Assembly (NCBI GenBank): GCA_045863235.1
Contig: BTUM01000004.1
Span: 88,621-152,620 of the forward strand
Reading direction: 5' to 3'
Length of the DNA: 64,000 bases
Source: Candidatus Xenobia bacterium
Lineage (GTDB): Bacteria; Vulcanimicrobiota; Xenobia; Xenobiales; QWHO01
Shown: piece after piece, positions 16,595 through 25,763 of the stretch
Layout: each line of letters opens with the position of its first letter
Position numbering within the stretch: position 1 is the first letter of the stretch
Notes under the pieces: generated by a model
Told to the model about the DNA's origin: nothing
The model's input: the letters and a program-made list of their open reading frames with translations, nothing else
The model's database searches: none
Made by a program: the position numbers and the translations under genes

Positions 16595-17735
16595 CGCGCC
16601 GGTCGAAGGCCGGAAAGACAAGGCCGCTGGTCATCACGATCAGGGCCACGCCGCAGAACATCAGAGGATAGCCCAGGTTCTGGGCGAGCACGCCCGAGAG
16701 CACCGATCCGGCGAAGCTGCCCACGTCGATCCAGGCGGTGATCAAGGCCAGGGCCGTGCCGCGCACGGCCGCCCCCAGGCGCTGCACGGCCAGGGCCGAA
16801 AGGGCCGGATAGAGGATACCGTGCCCGGCCCCGGCCAGCAGGCCGGTGCCCACCAGAATCCAGGACTCGCCCCTGCCGAGGAGGGCGAAGAGGCCCATTC
16901 CCCCCGCCTGGAGCAAGAGCGCCGAGGGGATGATGGACTGGGGCCCGTGGCGATCGGAGGCCGAGCCCATGGCCAGGCGGATCAGCACCGAGCTGAAGGT
17001 GTAGCAGGCGAACATCAGCCCGACGCCGGTCAGCTGCTCTTTGGCCGCGAAAGGAGCGGCGAAGCCGTAGAGGCTACCGACGGCGTAGCCGAACCCGAGC
17101 GAGCCGAGGGTGACGGCGAGCATGAGCTTCGACCGCAGCAACTGGAAGAAGCGGCTGTCGTCCTGAGTTTCGTGAGGGGAGCGGTGAACTTCGGGCAGGG
17201 TCAGAAAGCCGGCCGCAGCCGTGAGGCTGAGCCCTGCGGAGAGGGAGAACATGGCCTGAAAGCTGGTCCGGTCCACCAGTAGCTCGCCCCCGACCGGACC
17301 GATGGCGCCCGCGAGCAGACCCGAGATGCCGAACAGTCCGAAGGCCTGGGCCAGCCGTCCCGGCGGCGCCTGGTCGGCGATCCAGGTGAAGAGGGCGGTG
17401 AAGTAGGTGGAGACCACGAAGCCCTGCAGCCCCCGCAGCGCCACCATGGGGATCAGCGCCACGGGAACGACGAGGAAAGCCAGGGCGGTCAGGCCGATCA
17501 GGAAGGCACCTCGAAGGATGTAGGGACGCCGACCGTGTCGGTCCACCCGGTGGGCGAGCCAGGGTTGCGAGAGCACGGCGCCCACCCAGTAGCCGCCCTC
17601 GGCGGTGCCGATCTCCCAGGGCTGCAGGCCCTGCTCGGCCAGGTAGCGGCCGGTGAGAACGAACATACTGGCGCCCGAGAGGCAGATCAGGTTGAGGAAG
17701 GTGCCCCACCAGAAGACGCGGCGATAGTCCTTCAC
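16581..17735 (-). CDS. MFS transporter
   Basis: About 12 predicted TM segments, including motif-A-like GRYLAEQG...DRHGRRPYI. The GTG start at 17733-17735 overlaps the TGA stop of the upstream gene (GTGA). The track ORF extends to 17819, but that N-terminal extension overlaps the CinA gene. Confidence 0.7.
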   Translation of the reverse strand: MKDYRRVFWWGTFLNLICLSGASMFVLTGRYLAEQGLQPWEIGTAEGGYWVGAVLSQPWLAHRVDRHGRRPYILRGAFLIGLTALAFLVVPVALIPMVALRGLQGFVVSTYFTALFTWIADQAPPGRLAQAFGLFGISGLLAGAIGPVGGELLVDRTSFQAMFSLSAGLSLTAAAGFLTLPEVHRSPHETQDDSRFFQLLRSKLMLAVTLGSLGFGYAVGSLYGFAAPFAAKEQLTGVGLMFACYTFSSVLIRLAMGSASDRHGPQSIIPSALLLQAGGMGLFALLGRGESWILVGTGLLAGAGHGILYPALSALAVQRLGAAVRGTALALITAWIDVGSFAGSVLSGVLAQNLGYPLMFCGVALIVMTSGLVFPAFDRRATRP

Positions 17736-18187
17736 TCGTCGAGAGCCTCGCGCAAGAGCTGCAGGGCGGCCTGGACGGATTGCTGGCGAATCTGGTCGCG
17801 ATCGCCCTGGAAGAGGCAACGCTTTGTCTGCGTTGTCCGCGGGCCCGCAAGGCCCAGGAAGACCAGGCCCACGGGCTTGTCAGGGGTCGCCCCGCCGGGA
17901 CCGGCGATGCCCGTAACGGACAGAGCCCAGTCGGATTCTGCTTGCCGGCGAGCACCCTCTGCCATGGCGGCGGCGCACTCGGCGCTGACGGCCCCGTGCT
18001 CTTGCAGCACTTCCTGGGGGACGTTGAGCAGGCTGGCTTTCAGCTCGTTGCAGTAAGCCAGGATGCCGCCTTTGAAGTAGGCCGAGGAACCGGCCTGGCG
18101 GGTGAGCTCGGCTCCGAGCAGGCCGCCCGTGCAAGACTCGGCCACGGCCACGGTCTGGTGGCGTTCGATCAGGCGTTGAGCGGGCAT
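17732..18187 (-). CDS. pncC: CinA C-terminal domain protein (PncC-type NMN deamidase)
   Basis: In-frame ATG at M33 of track ORF 17732..18283. The product MPAQRLIERHQTVAVAESCTGGLLGAELTRQAGSSAYFKGGILAYCNELKASLLNVPQEVLQEHGAVSAECAAAMAEGARRQ...WALSVTGIAGPGG is the stand-alone CinA_C fold. Confidence 0.75.
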   Translation of the reverse strand: MPAQRLIERHQTVAVAESCTGGLLGAELTRQAGSSAYFKGGILAYCNELKASLLNVPQEVLQEHGAVSAECAAAMAEGARRQAESDWALSVTGIAGPGGATPDKPVGLVFLGLAGPRTTQTKRCLFQGDRDQIRQQSVQAALQLLREALDE

Positions 18188-18254
18188 GACGTGTTGGTCA
18201 CGAGCTGGTGGATGCATTCGTCCCTGGTACCGGGGTGAGGCTCCGTCAAGAGAC

Positions 18255-18851
18255 TTACTTGCGCACCTTGATGCGCACGCCACCCAGGGTCACCGCGGCC
18301 TCGTCCACCTGAACCACGGTCGGGTTGCTCTTGAGACTCCCGCTGATTCCCTGGACCAGGGCGGCTTCGGCGGCCTGGACATTCTGCCTGGAGGCGGCCA
18401 CGGCGGCCTCCAGTCCCTGCTTCTCCTGCTTGAGGGCGGGCAGCACCGCTTTGTCGATCTGCATGGGCAGCACCACGTGCTTCATGGCCATGATGTAGCC
18501 GTAGGTCAGCCCGGCCCCGCCGGCCAGACCGATGATGGGGTTCATCCCGCTGAACATGGCCCAGGCACCCAACCCGGCCATCGAAAAGATGCAAAGGTGC
18601 GCGGCGATGCCGCTGTGCAGCTTGACGTTCTTATTCCACATGGCATCGCGCACCTGGTTGTTGCAGTGATGGGTGCGATGGCGCCGCGAGCTGGAGATCC
18701 AGTAGTTCGTATCGTCGAGTCGCCGCTGAAAGGTCTCGAGCTGGCTTCTGGCCGATCTCAGGTCGGACTCGGCCTTCTCCACCTCGGGGTTCTTCACCGA
18801 GCCCTCGAACAGCCCTGAGGCTCGGACAGGCAGTGTGCTGGTGAGGTTCAT
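18255..18851 (-). CDS. Hypothetical membrane protein
   Basis: ATG at M10 of the track ORF (MNLTSTLPV...). It has a hydrophobic block GIAAHLCIFSMAGLGAWAMFSGMNPIIGLAGGAGLTYGYIMAM and a coiled-coil-like N-terminal half. Confidence 0.45.
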   Translation of the reverse strand: MNLTSTLPVRASGLFEGSVKNPEVEKAESDLRSARSQLETFQRRLDDTNYWISSSRRHRTHHCNNQVRDAMWNKNVKLHSGIAAHLCIFSMAGLGAWAMFSGMNPIIGLAGGAGLTYGYIMAMKHVVLPMQIDKAVLPALKQEKQGLEAAVAASRQNVQAAEAALVQGISGSLKSNPTVVQVDEAAVTLGGVRIKVRK

Positions 18852-19073
18852 GCAGTGAGAATACCGAGGGCTCCTCAAAGAAAGCTGACACTCACTCGTT
18901 GTGGCGGTCGGCGTCGGGGGCGAGCTTCGAACGACGGATCCCGCGGTGGATCCGAACGAGCGTTCGTTTACGCCGGAAAAATCTTCTTAAATTTATCGAC
19001 AAAATCGAATATACGTTTGCCAGGGAATTCAAGAAATTTAACGAACAGGCTCCAACGAAAGGAGTCAACTCTC

Positions 19074-20468
19074 ATGGAACAACTGGCACAGTATCTCGAG
19101 CTCCCGGATGAAGAGCTCTGCCGGCAGGCAAAGACCATGCGTCGTCAGGTGGACCGCTCATTGTGGAACCTCGGGCTCTACCTGGTCGCCATTCAACAGC
19201 GAAAGCTCCACCGAGCGAGGGGCTGCAGCGGGGTCATCCAGTTCGCCGTCCGATATCTGGATCTGGCGCAGCAAAAGGCCTACGAGCTTCTGCGCGCGAC
19301 TACTTCTCTGCTTGAGACGCCTCTCCTGGCCGAGGCGTTTCGAGATGGAAAAGTTTGCTGGGGAAAGATCCGCGAGATCACCCGGGTATCCACCAGTGCG
19401 GATGAGGCTTTCTGGCTCGACTACGCCCTCCACCACGATTGTGACGAAGTCCAAAGGCGCGTTTCAGTCAGTCCGCGCCGCTTCAAAGCTCTGCGCCGCC
19501 AGTCGGACAGCCACGGCCTGCCAACCGAGAGACAGCCAGCGCAGGGTGGGCTTCTCGCCTCCGACCTGGAAGCCAACGGCGCGGCAGGCGTCCACTCAGA
19601 AGCACCCCAACCAGCTTACCAGTCACTGGCCCAACAGCAGTTCCAACCTCAGCACCATGCCCGAAACCAGCCTCCAGGCTCTGCAGAGCCACCGGTCGGG
19701 CGAGTCAAACTCGTCTTCTACCTCACTGCGGAAGAATTCGCCCTCTACGAGAGAGCCGAGGACCGGGTTCGCTCCCAGCGGGGCCGGCGCTTGCCGCGCA
19801 ACAAGGTGCTGATCGATCTGGCCGAGCATCGACTCAGCGATGCCAGGAGTGAGGCCCGAGCACGGCTGCCCATCCTGGTGCGGGTGGACGCCAGTACCGG
19901 CCAGGGATGGTATGACACCAGACTTGGTCTGCTTCCGGCCACGGCTGCACAGATCGAACAGGCATTGACCTCGGCTCTGGCGGTCACGACCGAGGGAATG
20001 CCGCCAGGCCCGGACCTTGGTGCAACAGGCCCGGACCTGCGTGCAGTGTCAGGCCATGCTCAGGGAGACAACGGCCCGATCCCTGGGACAGCCCCACCCA
20101 CTTGCCACCTGACCGATTCTGCACTCCCACAGGTGCCCGATAAACCTGACGAGGGACCTGGCCAGGCATCCAGGAAGAAACGGTCCTCCCGGAGGCGACG
20201 GAACATCAGTCTTGCGACCATACGGGCTCTGATGCTTCGCGCCGGCGGCAAGTGCGAGAAACCAGGCTGCAATCGTGGCGGTGCTCTCCACGTTCATCAC
20301 CAGAGACCGGTGAGCGAAGGTGGCCAGGACGGACTGGCCGACCTGCGCCTCTACTGCTCGTCCTGCCACGGGTTGGAGCATGAGCCCGACTTCGAGCGCA
20401 AGCCGGGCTGGCATGAGGCTCGTGAGCACAGACGTGGAGGCAAGACCGACCGCTGCGACAGCAGCTAA
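19074..20468 (+). CDS. HNH endonuclease with N-terminal DUF222-like domain (13E12-repeat family type)
   Basis: ATG at 19074 with SD aaaggag 9 nt upstream. It follows an AT-rich leader (aaaaatcttcttaaatttatcgacaaaatcgaatatacg...). The N-terminal pattern GCSGVIQFAVRYLDLAQQKAYELLRATTSLLETPLLAEAFRDGKVCWGKIREITRV resembles DUF222. The C-terminal HNH is CEKPGCNRGGALHVHHQRPVSEGGQDGLADLRLYCSSCHGLEHE. Confidence 0.7.
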   Translation: MEQLAQYLELPDEELCRQAKTMRRQVDRSLWNLGLYLVAIQQRKLHRARGCSGVIQFAVRYLDLAQQKAYELLRATTSLLETPLLAEAFRDGKVCWGKIREITRVSTSADEAFWLDYALHHDCDEVQRRVSVSPRRFKALRRQSDSHGLPTERQPAQGGLLASDLEANGAAGVHSEAPQPAYQSLAQQQFQPQHHARNQPPGSAEPPVGRVKLVFYLTAEEFALYERAEDRVRSQRGRRLPRNKVLIDLAEHRLSDARSEARARLPILVRVDASTGQGWYDTRLGLLPATAAQIEQALTSALAVTTEGMPPGPDLGATGPDLRAVSGHAQGDNGPIPGTAPPTCHLTDSALPQVPDKPDEGPGQASRKKRSSRRRRNISLATIRALMLRAGGKCEKPGCNRGGALHVHHQRPVSEGGQDGLADLRLYCSSCHGLEHEPDFERKPGWHEAREHRRGGKTDRCDSS

Positions 20469-20477
20469 AGCGAAAAC

Positions 20478-20520
20478 AAGCAAGAAAGCCGACCTGGTCG
20501 GGCCGGCCTTCTTGAAACCA
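20478..20520. terminator. GC-rich hairpin between the convergent HNH and acpP genes (candidate bidirectional terminator)
   Basis: caagaaagccgacctggtcgggccggccttcttg. The outer arms caagaa/ttcttg and the inner CCGACC/GGTCGG and GGCCGGCC are self-complementary. No clear U-tract is present. Confidence 0.3.
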
Positions 20521-20534
20521 GGCGCGCCTGAATG

Positions 20535-20783
20535 TCAGGCGGTCTGCTCGGCGACGCGCTTCTCGATGTACTCGACCGCCTCGGTGATGTTGCGGATCTT
20601 CTCGGCATCCTCATCGGGGATCTCGAGATTGAACTCGGTCTCGAAGGCCATGACCATCTCGACCGTGTCGAGCGAGTCAGCGCCCAGATCATCTACAAAC
20701 GAGGCGGTGGGAGTCACCTGCTCGGCATCCACCCCGAGCTGCTCTACGACGATTTTCGTCACCCGCTCCTGGACGCTAGCCAT
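20535..20783 (-). CDS. acpP: Acyl carrier protein
   Basis: ATG at M45 of the track ORF. The product [82 protein letters not shown] carries the phosphopantetheine-site DSLD motif. Confidence 0.9.
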   Translation of the reverse strand: MASVQERVTKIVVEQLGVDAEQVTPTASFVDDLGADSLDTVEMVMAFETEFNLEIPDEDAEKIRNITEAVEYIEKRVAEQTA

Positions 20784-20889
20784 TTCTTGTTCGTACCTCC
20801 AAAGGATTCTCGGTCTGTTGCCCGGGGGTCCCGAGCGAAAGTTCTTCAACAGCGGCCCCATCAAAGCCGCATCGTAACGCGGTTCTGGT

Positions 20890-21657
20890 CTAAGGCCGCA
20901 TGACCATTCCACCATCGACGTTAAATACCTGCCCGGTGATGTAGCCCGAGCCGGGAGCGGCCAGAAAGGCCACCAGACGGGCGACCTCCTCGGGTTCTCC
21001 CAGCCGACCGGCGGGGATCTGGCCGAGCAGGGCTTCCCTGACCTTCTCGTCGAGCACGCCGGTCATCTCGGTCTGAATGTAACCGGGCGCCACTGCGTTC
21101 ACGGTGATGTTGCGGGAGGCCACCTCCCGGGCCACCGCCATGGTAAAACCGATCAGGCCGGCCTTGGAGGCGGCGTAGTTGGCCTGGCCCGCATTCCCCA
21201 TCTGGCCCACGACGGAGGTGATGTTGATGATGCGTCCATAACGCTGCTTGAGCATGACCCGACTGGCCGCGCGAGTCAGGTAGAAGGCCGAGGTCAGATT
21301 GGTGTTCAGCACCTGAGCCCAATCCTCGTCTTTCATGCGAAGCAACAACGTATCGCGGGTGATGCCAGCATTGTTGACCAGCACGTCCAGGCGGGGCAGG
21401 GCCTTGATGCAGGCGTCCACGGCCGCTGCGTCGGTGACGTCGGCCGTGTGCACGCTGGACTTGCCCCCGATGGCAGCGATGACGCCGGCCACCTCCTCGA
21501 GCTGCGCCTGGGTGCGCGACAGCAAGGCCACATCAGCCCCCAGGCGGGCAAGCTCCAGAGCGATGGCTCGTCCGATGCCGCGACCGGCACCGGTCACCAG
21601 GGCAACCTGATCCTTCAAAATGGGCTCGGCCGCCAGGGCCAGGGTTGCGGTTTCCAT
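20890..21657 (-). CDS. fabG: 3-oxoacyl-[ACP] reductase
   Basis: ATG at M56 of the track ORF. Rossmann motif [20 protein letters not shown], and the SDR catalytic YxxxK within ...[13 protein letters not shown].... It sits between fabD and acpP. Confidence 0.9.
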   Translation of the reverse strand: METATLALAAEPILKDQVALVTGAGRGIGRAIALELARLGADVALLSRTQAQLEEVAGVIAAIGGKSSVHTADVTDAAAVDACIKALPRLDVLVNNAGITRDTLLLRMKDEDWAQVLNTNLTSAFYLTRAASRVMLKQRYGRIINITSVVGQMGNAGQANYAASKAGLIGFTMAVAREVASRNITVNAVAPGYIQTEMTGVLDEKVREALLGQIPAGRLGEPEEVARLVAFLAAPGSGYITGQVFNVDGGMVMRP

Positions 21658-21667
21658 AGAGGCCTCC

Positions 21668-22612
21668 TTACGAAACGGGGGTCTGCAAGAGCTCGAGGCT
21701 CTTCTCCAGGCTGGCCACGTCGGCCACGTTGGCGGTACGCACCTCCTTGGAGATCTTCTTGACCATGCCGCACAGGGCCGAGCCGGGGCCGACCTCCACG
21801 AAGGTGTCGATTCCGGCTGCAATCATGGTCCGCACCGAGTCCTCCCACAGCACGCGCGAGACGATCTGGAGCTTGAGGGCATGACGCAGCTCCTCGCCCG
21901 TGGTAACGGGCTGAGCGCTGTAGTTGGCGACCAGCGGCACGGCCGGGTCGGCGAAGCTGTGCCCATCCAGGTCCACCGCCAGACGCCCGGCAGCGGGCTG
22001 CATCAGCGAAGAGTGAAAAGCCCCGCTCACGGCCAACGGCATCACCCGGCGAGCGCCAAATTCCGAAGCCCGCTCGCGGGCTGCGGCCACACCCGCGGGC
22101 GAGCCCGAGAGCACGATCTGTCCTGGACAGTTCAAATTGGCCACTTCCACGACTCCGGCGGCTGAGACGGCCTGGCATAGAGCCTCCGCCTGGGCCAGCT
22201 CAATGCCCAGCAGCGCCGCCATGGTGCCAGGAAGCTCCTGGCCCGCCGCCTGCATGTGCTGACCGCGCTTTCGCACCAACATGATTGCGTCAGCCGGGGA
22301 AACCGCCCCGCAAGCCGCCAGGGCAGCATACTCGCCCACGCTGTGGCCGGCCACCATGGCAGGCGAGAGTCCGCGCTCGCGCAACACCGCCAGCGCAGCC
22401 AGGCTGTGAGCCACGATGGCCGGCTGGGTGTGCTCGGTCTGCTTGAGTTGCTCTTCCGGACCCTCGGCCATCAACTGCGAGAGAGGATAGCCCAGCCGCT
22501 GATCGGCCTCCTCGAGCACGGCGCGAGCGGCCGGGAAGGCAGCCGCCAGGTCGACGCCCATGCCGACGTATTGAGCTCCCTGACCGGGAAACACGAACGC
22601 TATGCGGGACAT
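21668..22612 (-). CDS. fabD: Malonyl CoA-ACP transacylase
   Basis: ATG at M142 of the track ORF. The product starts [19 protein letters not shown] and has the active site [14 protein letters not shown]. Confidence 0.9.
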   Translation of the reverse strand: MSRIAFVFPGQGAQYVGMGVDLAAAFPAARAVLEEADQRLGYPLSQLMAEGPEEQLKQTEHTQPAIVAHSLAALAVLRERGLSPAMVAGHSVGEYAALAACGAVSPADAIMLVRKRGQHMQAAGQELPGTMAALLGIELAQAEALCQAVSAAGVVEVANLNCPGQIVLSGSPAGVAAARERASEFGARRVMPLAVSGAFHSSLMQPAAGRLAVDLDGHSFADPAVPLVANYSAQPVTTGEELRHALKLQIVSRVLWEDSVRTMIAAGIDTFVEVGPGSALCGMVKKISKEVRTANVADVASLEKSLELLQTPVS

Positions 22613-23619
22613 AATGCCTCCTTCTTTCCCCAGCGCATGGCCACGGCTCCCCAGGAGAGCCCGCCGCCAAAGCCGACCAGCACGATCAGATCGCCATCTT
22701 TTACCCGGCCCTGCTCGCGTGCCTCCGACAGAGCCAGCGGGATGGAGCCGCAGCTGGTATTGCCAAAGCGGTCCACGTTCACGAAGACGCGCTCCATCGG
22801 CACGCCCAACCGGCGGGCGGCAGCGTCGATGATGCGCACATTGGCCTGGTGAGGGATGAACAGGTCCACGTCGTCGGGGGTGAGGCCGGCTTTGGAAACC
22901 GCGGCAGCAGCCGCCTCCCCGATGACCGAGACGGCGAATTTGAAGACCTCCTTGCCGTGCATCTGCAGGCAAAACTCCGACTTGGGAACGCCCGGCGTGC
23001 CGCCCGGAATGCGCCCTCCACCGGCCGGAACGCACAGGCTGTCTCCCCCCGAGCCATCGGCCCCGAGGTGGATCGAGAGCACGCCCTGTCCCTCCCCCAC
23101 CGGACCCAGCACCACCGCCCCCGCGCCGTCACCGAAGAGCACGCAGGTTCCGCGATCTTGCCAGTTCATCACGCGGGTCATGGTGTCAGCCCCGACCACC
23201 AGGACGTAGTCGAAGGCACCGGTACGCACGAACTGACAGCCCACCGCCATGCTGTAGGCAAAGCCCGAGCAGGCCACGTTCAAGTCGAATGCTCCCGCAT
23301 TGGTCGCCCCCAACCGGTGCTGCACCAGGCAGGCGGTGGAAGGCAGCATGGTGTCGGGGGTCATCGTGCCCACGATGATCAGACCGATCTGCTCGGGGGA
23401 GACCCCGGCGTCGGCCAGCGCCAGCAAGCTGGCCTCGACTGCGAGATCAGAGGCACAGACTTCAGGCTCGGCCATGCGTCGCTCGCGGATGCCTGTACGC
23501 GAGCGAATCCACTCATCGGTCGTGTCGAGAGTGGACTCCAGCTCCTGGTTGGTCACGATTCGGGGAGGCGCAAAATGCCCCAGCCCCACCACGCCCACCG
23601 GGCGTAGCGCGCGAGTCAC
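22600..23619 (-). CDS. fabH: 3-oxoacyl-[ACP] synthase III
   Basis: 339 aa. Active site CSGF (DLNVACSGFAYSMAVG), plus HQANVRII and the GFGGGLSWGA tail. It overlaps the fabD start by 13 nt. Confidence 0.9.
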   Translation of the reverse strand: MTRALRPVGVVGLGHFAPPRIVTNQELESTLDTTDEWIRSRTGIRERRMAEPEVCASDLAVEASLLALADAGVSPEQIGLIIVGTMTPDTMLPSTACLVQHRLGATNAGAFDLNVACSGFAYSMAVGCQFVRTGAFDYVLVVGADTMTRVMNWQDRGTCVLFGDGAGAVVLGPVGEGQGVLSIHLGADGSGGDSLCVPAGGGRIPGGTPGVPKSEFCLQMHGKEVFKFAVSVIGEAAAAAVSKAGLTPDDVDLFIPHQANVRIIDAAARRLGVPMERVFVNVDRFGNTSCGSIPLALSEAREQGRVKDGDLIVLVGFGGGLSWGAVAMRWGKKEALCPA

Positions 23620-23634
23620 CGCAAGGGAACCTGA

Positions 23635-23826
23635 TTAACCTTGAGCTTCGGCGTCGAGCTTGAAGACCTGACGGCCGTCGTAGCTGCCGCAGCTCAAGCA
23701 TACCCGGTGCGGGAGCTTGGGCTCCTTGCACTGTGGGCACTTGGTCACGTTCGGGATCTCCAGCCGCAGGTGGGAACGGCGGCGGCGGGTCTTGGACCGC
23801 GGCGTTTTGTATTTCGGATTTGGCAT
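23635..23826 (-). CDS. rpmF: 50S ribosomal protein L32
   Basis: 63 aa. [23 protein letters not shown]...[25 protein letters not shown] shows the classic L32 N-terminus and zinc-ribbon. Confidence 0.85.
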   Translation of the reverse strand: MPNPKYKTPRSKTRRRRSHLRLEIPNVTKCPQCKEPKLPHRVCLSCGSYDGRQVFKLDAEAQG

Positions 23827-23839
23827 GGCTACCTCTCAG

Positions 23840-24367
23840 TTAGCTTCCGTTCTTCAACTTCATAAGCGGTCCCCACCGAGGATCGATCTCCTCGCTCGGA
23901 CAGCTGCAACTTCCCTGGTTCAAGTTCGTTCCGCACTGATCGCAAAGGCCCTGGCAGTCTTCCCGGCAGAGCGGCTTGACGGGAAGTGCCGCCAGGAGAT
24001 TCTGCCGCAGGATCTCATCAAACTCGATGCGATCATCGCGATAGGTAAAGATGTTCAGGTCTTCCAGCGCGACATTCTCGTCGGCCGGCACTTCACCGCT
24101 GGCTTCGTCGATGAAATGCTCGTCCACCTCCAGGTCGAGCGGCGCGACGAAGATCTCGGCGCACCGTCCGCAGCTCAGGCGCACCCGGGCGTGGAGGTCT
24201 CCGTCCACCAGAATGCGACTGCCCACGTTGGTGAGCTTGAACTTCGCCCTGACCGGCCCTTCTAGCTCGAGGCCCTCGAAGTGAACCGGTCCCTCGAACT
24301 CAAAAGGTTTCCAGAGTCCGGTTCCCCGCTTGATATCGGATACGTCCACTCGCATCTTTGGCCCCAA
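23840..24367 (-). CDS. yceD: YceD/DUF177 family protein (23S rRNA accumulation protein)
   Basis: It lies upstream of rpmF as in many bacteria. The C-terminal cysteine cluster CREDCQGLCDQCGTNLNQGSCSC is present. An alternative start is M5 at 24355. Confidence 0.8.
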   Translation of the reverse strand: MGPKMRVDVSDIKRGTGLWKPFEFEGPVHFEGLELEGPVRAKFKLTNVGSRILVDGDLHARVRLSCGRCAEIFVAPLDLEVDEHFIDEASGEVPADENVALEDLNIFTYRDDRIEFDEILRQNLLAALPVKPLCREDCQGLCDQCGTNLNQGSCSCPSEEIDPRWGPLMKLKNGS

Positions 24368-24398
24368 AGAAAAAAGGCGCGCTCAAAACGCCGAGTGG

Positions 24399-24427
24399 AT
24401 TATAGACGGGCCTGCCCGGGTTGTCAA
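24399..24427 (-). promoter_or_regulatory. Consensus sigma-70 promoter (TTGACA-17-TATAAT) driving the yceD-rpmF-fabHDG-acpP operon
   Basis: The minus strand reads cgtTTGACAacccgggcaggcccgtcTATAATccactcgg. Both hexamers are perfect, the spacer is exactly 17 nt, and it lies about 30 nt upstream of the yceD start. Coordinates are +/-2 nt. Confidence 0.55.
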
Positions 24428-24529
24428 ACGTCGTGAGTCAGCCGATACGCCGCCGCGAAACGCCAAGTCTCGTGGCTGAGTTTCGCCACTCTCCCCTAGA
24501 CCTTGAACGCCATGCTACAATAGAGCTGG

Positions 24530-25348
24530 ATGCAGGCCGAAGAAGACGAGCAGCGGGGCTGTTTCAGCCCTTCCGAAGTGGACATGTGGCGCCTTCTCGA
24601 GCGGGAACGGCTCGATTTTCGGTTCGTGCAAGATCCCGTGTTCAATCTTTCCGAGCCAGAAGAGACGCTGCTCGAGCGCCTGCGCCACTCCGGTCTCGAG
24701 TTCGGAGTGCTGCCCCGACAGGATCCGACCAGCTTTCTGTGCATCAAGGTGAAGCTCGAGGGCGTGCTGCAGCGTGTCGAGCTGGCGGTGGATGCTCGTC
24801 AGGGCTACGCCTCCTTCGTGACCCGGCGCACCCCCTTCTCCGAGCGGCTCAAGGACCGACTCGACCAGGTGTTCGGGAGCGCCAGCTTCGACCGCAGCAA
24901 GAACGTCTCCACCCGCAGCTACGTCTGGTATTCCTACTACCTCTCCGGACTGGCCCCGGCCTTTCTGCCCCGAGAGACCCGGCGCCGCAGGAGCAGTCTG
25001 TTCAATTTCGACGCCCGCGAGCGCGAGTTGCTCGATCGCCTGGAGACGGCCGTGCTGGAGATGAGCGACGTGGCCGCCCAGATCCACGTCTATCCACGCG
25101 AAACTCCTTTCGGGGGCATCGAGTTGATGCTGCAAGACCCGCACCACTCCCAGCCGGCCCGCGTGTTCGTGAAGGGGCTCTACCCGCTGGTGGTCCACCT
25201 GGTCACCGAGAACACCGCCCTGGCGCAACGGGTCCAGGGGTACTTCGACCGGGCCCTGGGCCCCGAGACCCTGGACAATGAAGCCAGTCGCTTCGAAGGA
25301 AAGTTCCTCTCGCTGGTTTACCGGCTGCGCGCCGAGCCGCGCATCTAA
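24530..25348 (+). CDS. Hypothetical protein (272 aa)
   Basis: Balanced composition (F, Y, W, N, K present), unlike the overlapping Arg/Pro-rich frame 24421..25281. No recognisable domain. Confidence 0.5.
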   Translation: MQAEEDEQRGCFSPSEVDMWRLLERERLDFRFVQDPVFNLSEPEETLLERLRHSGLEFGVLPRQDPTSFLCIKVKLEGVLQRVELAVDARQGYASFVTRRTPFSERLKDRLDQVFGSASFDRSKNVSTRSYVWYSYYLSGLAPAFLPRETRRRRSSLFNFDARERELLDRLETAVLEMSDVAAQIHVYPRETPFGGIELMLQDPHHSQPARVFVKGLYPLVVHLVTENTALAQRVQGYFDRALGPETLDNEASRFEGKFLSLVYRLRAEPRI

Positions 25349-25713
25349 CTCTGCGACTCTTTGTAGGCGCGATAGAGCTCGCTGCCGACCACGACTCCCA
25401 GAGTGACTCCGGCCGCGACGCCCAGCAGGCCACCGGCGATGATGCCGATGCGGGCGCCCTCCAGCGTATTGCCGATCAGGGCGGGAAGGCCCGCCCCTTC
25501 GGGGGTGAGCATCATCCCGATCAGCATCCCGGCGCGACCGCCGGCCTCCACGCCCAGCCAGCCGACTCCGGCTCCCAGCAGCGTTCCCCCGGCCATCTGG
25601 GAGGCGGTCTCCCAGCGGTCCACGGGGGCCGCGGGCGGCGCCGGGGGCTCGTTCTCGGCCAGAGCTGCTGTCTGGTAACGCATCGTGGGCGCGGTGGCCG
25701 TCGTAATCAACAT
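25345..25713 (-). CDS. Small glycine-zipper-like membrane protein
   Basis: ATG at M90 of the track ORF. Gly/Ala-rich TM stretches GGTLLGAGVGWLGVEAGGRAGMLIGMML...IGIIAGGLLGVAAGVTLGVVVGSELY. It resembles the 7183..7686 product in style. Confidence 0.45.
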   Translation of the reverse strand: MLITTATAPTMRYQTAALAENEPPAPPAAPVDRWETASQMAGGTLLGAGVGWLGVEAGGRAGMLIGMMLTPEGAGLPALIGNTLEGARIGIIAGGLLGVAAGVTLGVVVGSELYRAYKESQS

Positions 25714-25763
25714 GGGGACCTCCAGAATTTTCCAGCAGCTTAGCCGGTCCGAAATGGCCGATC

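Noticed and set aside
24421-25281. 286-aa plus ORF overlapping 24530..25348
   Set aside because: The Arg/Pro/Gly-rich alternate frame is compositionally abnormal. The 24530 frame is compositionally normal.
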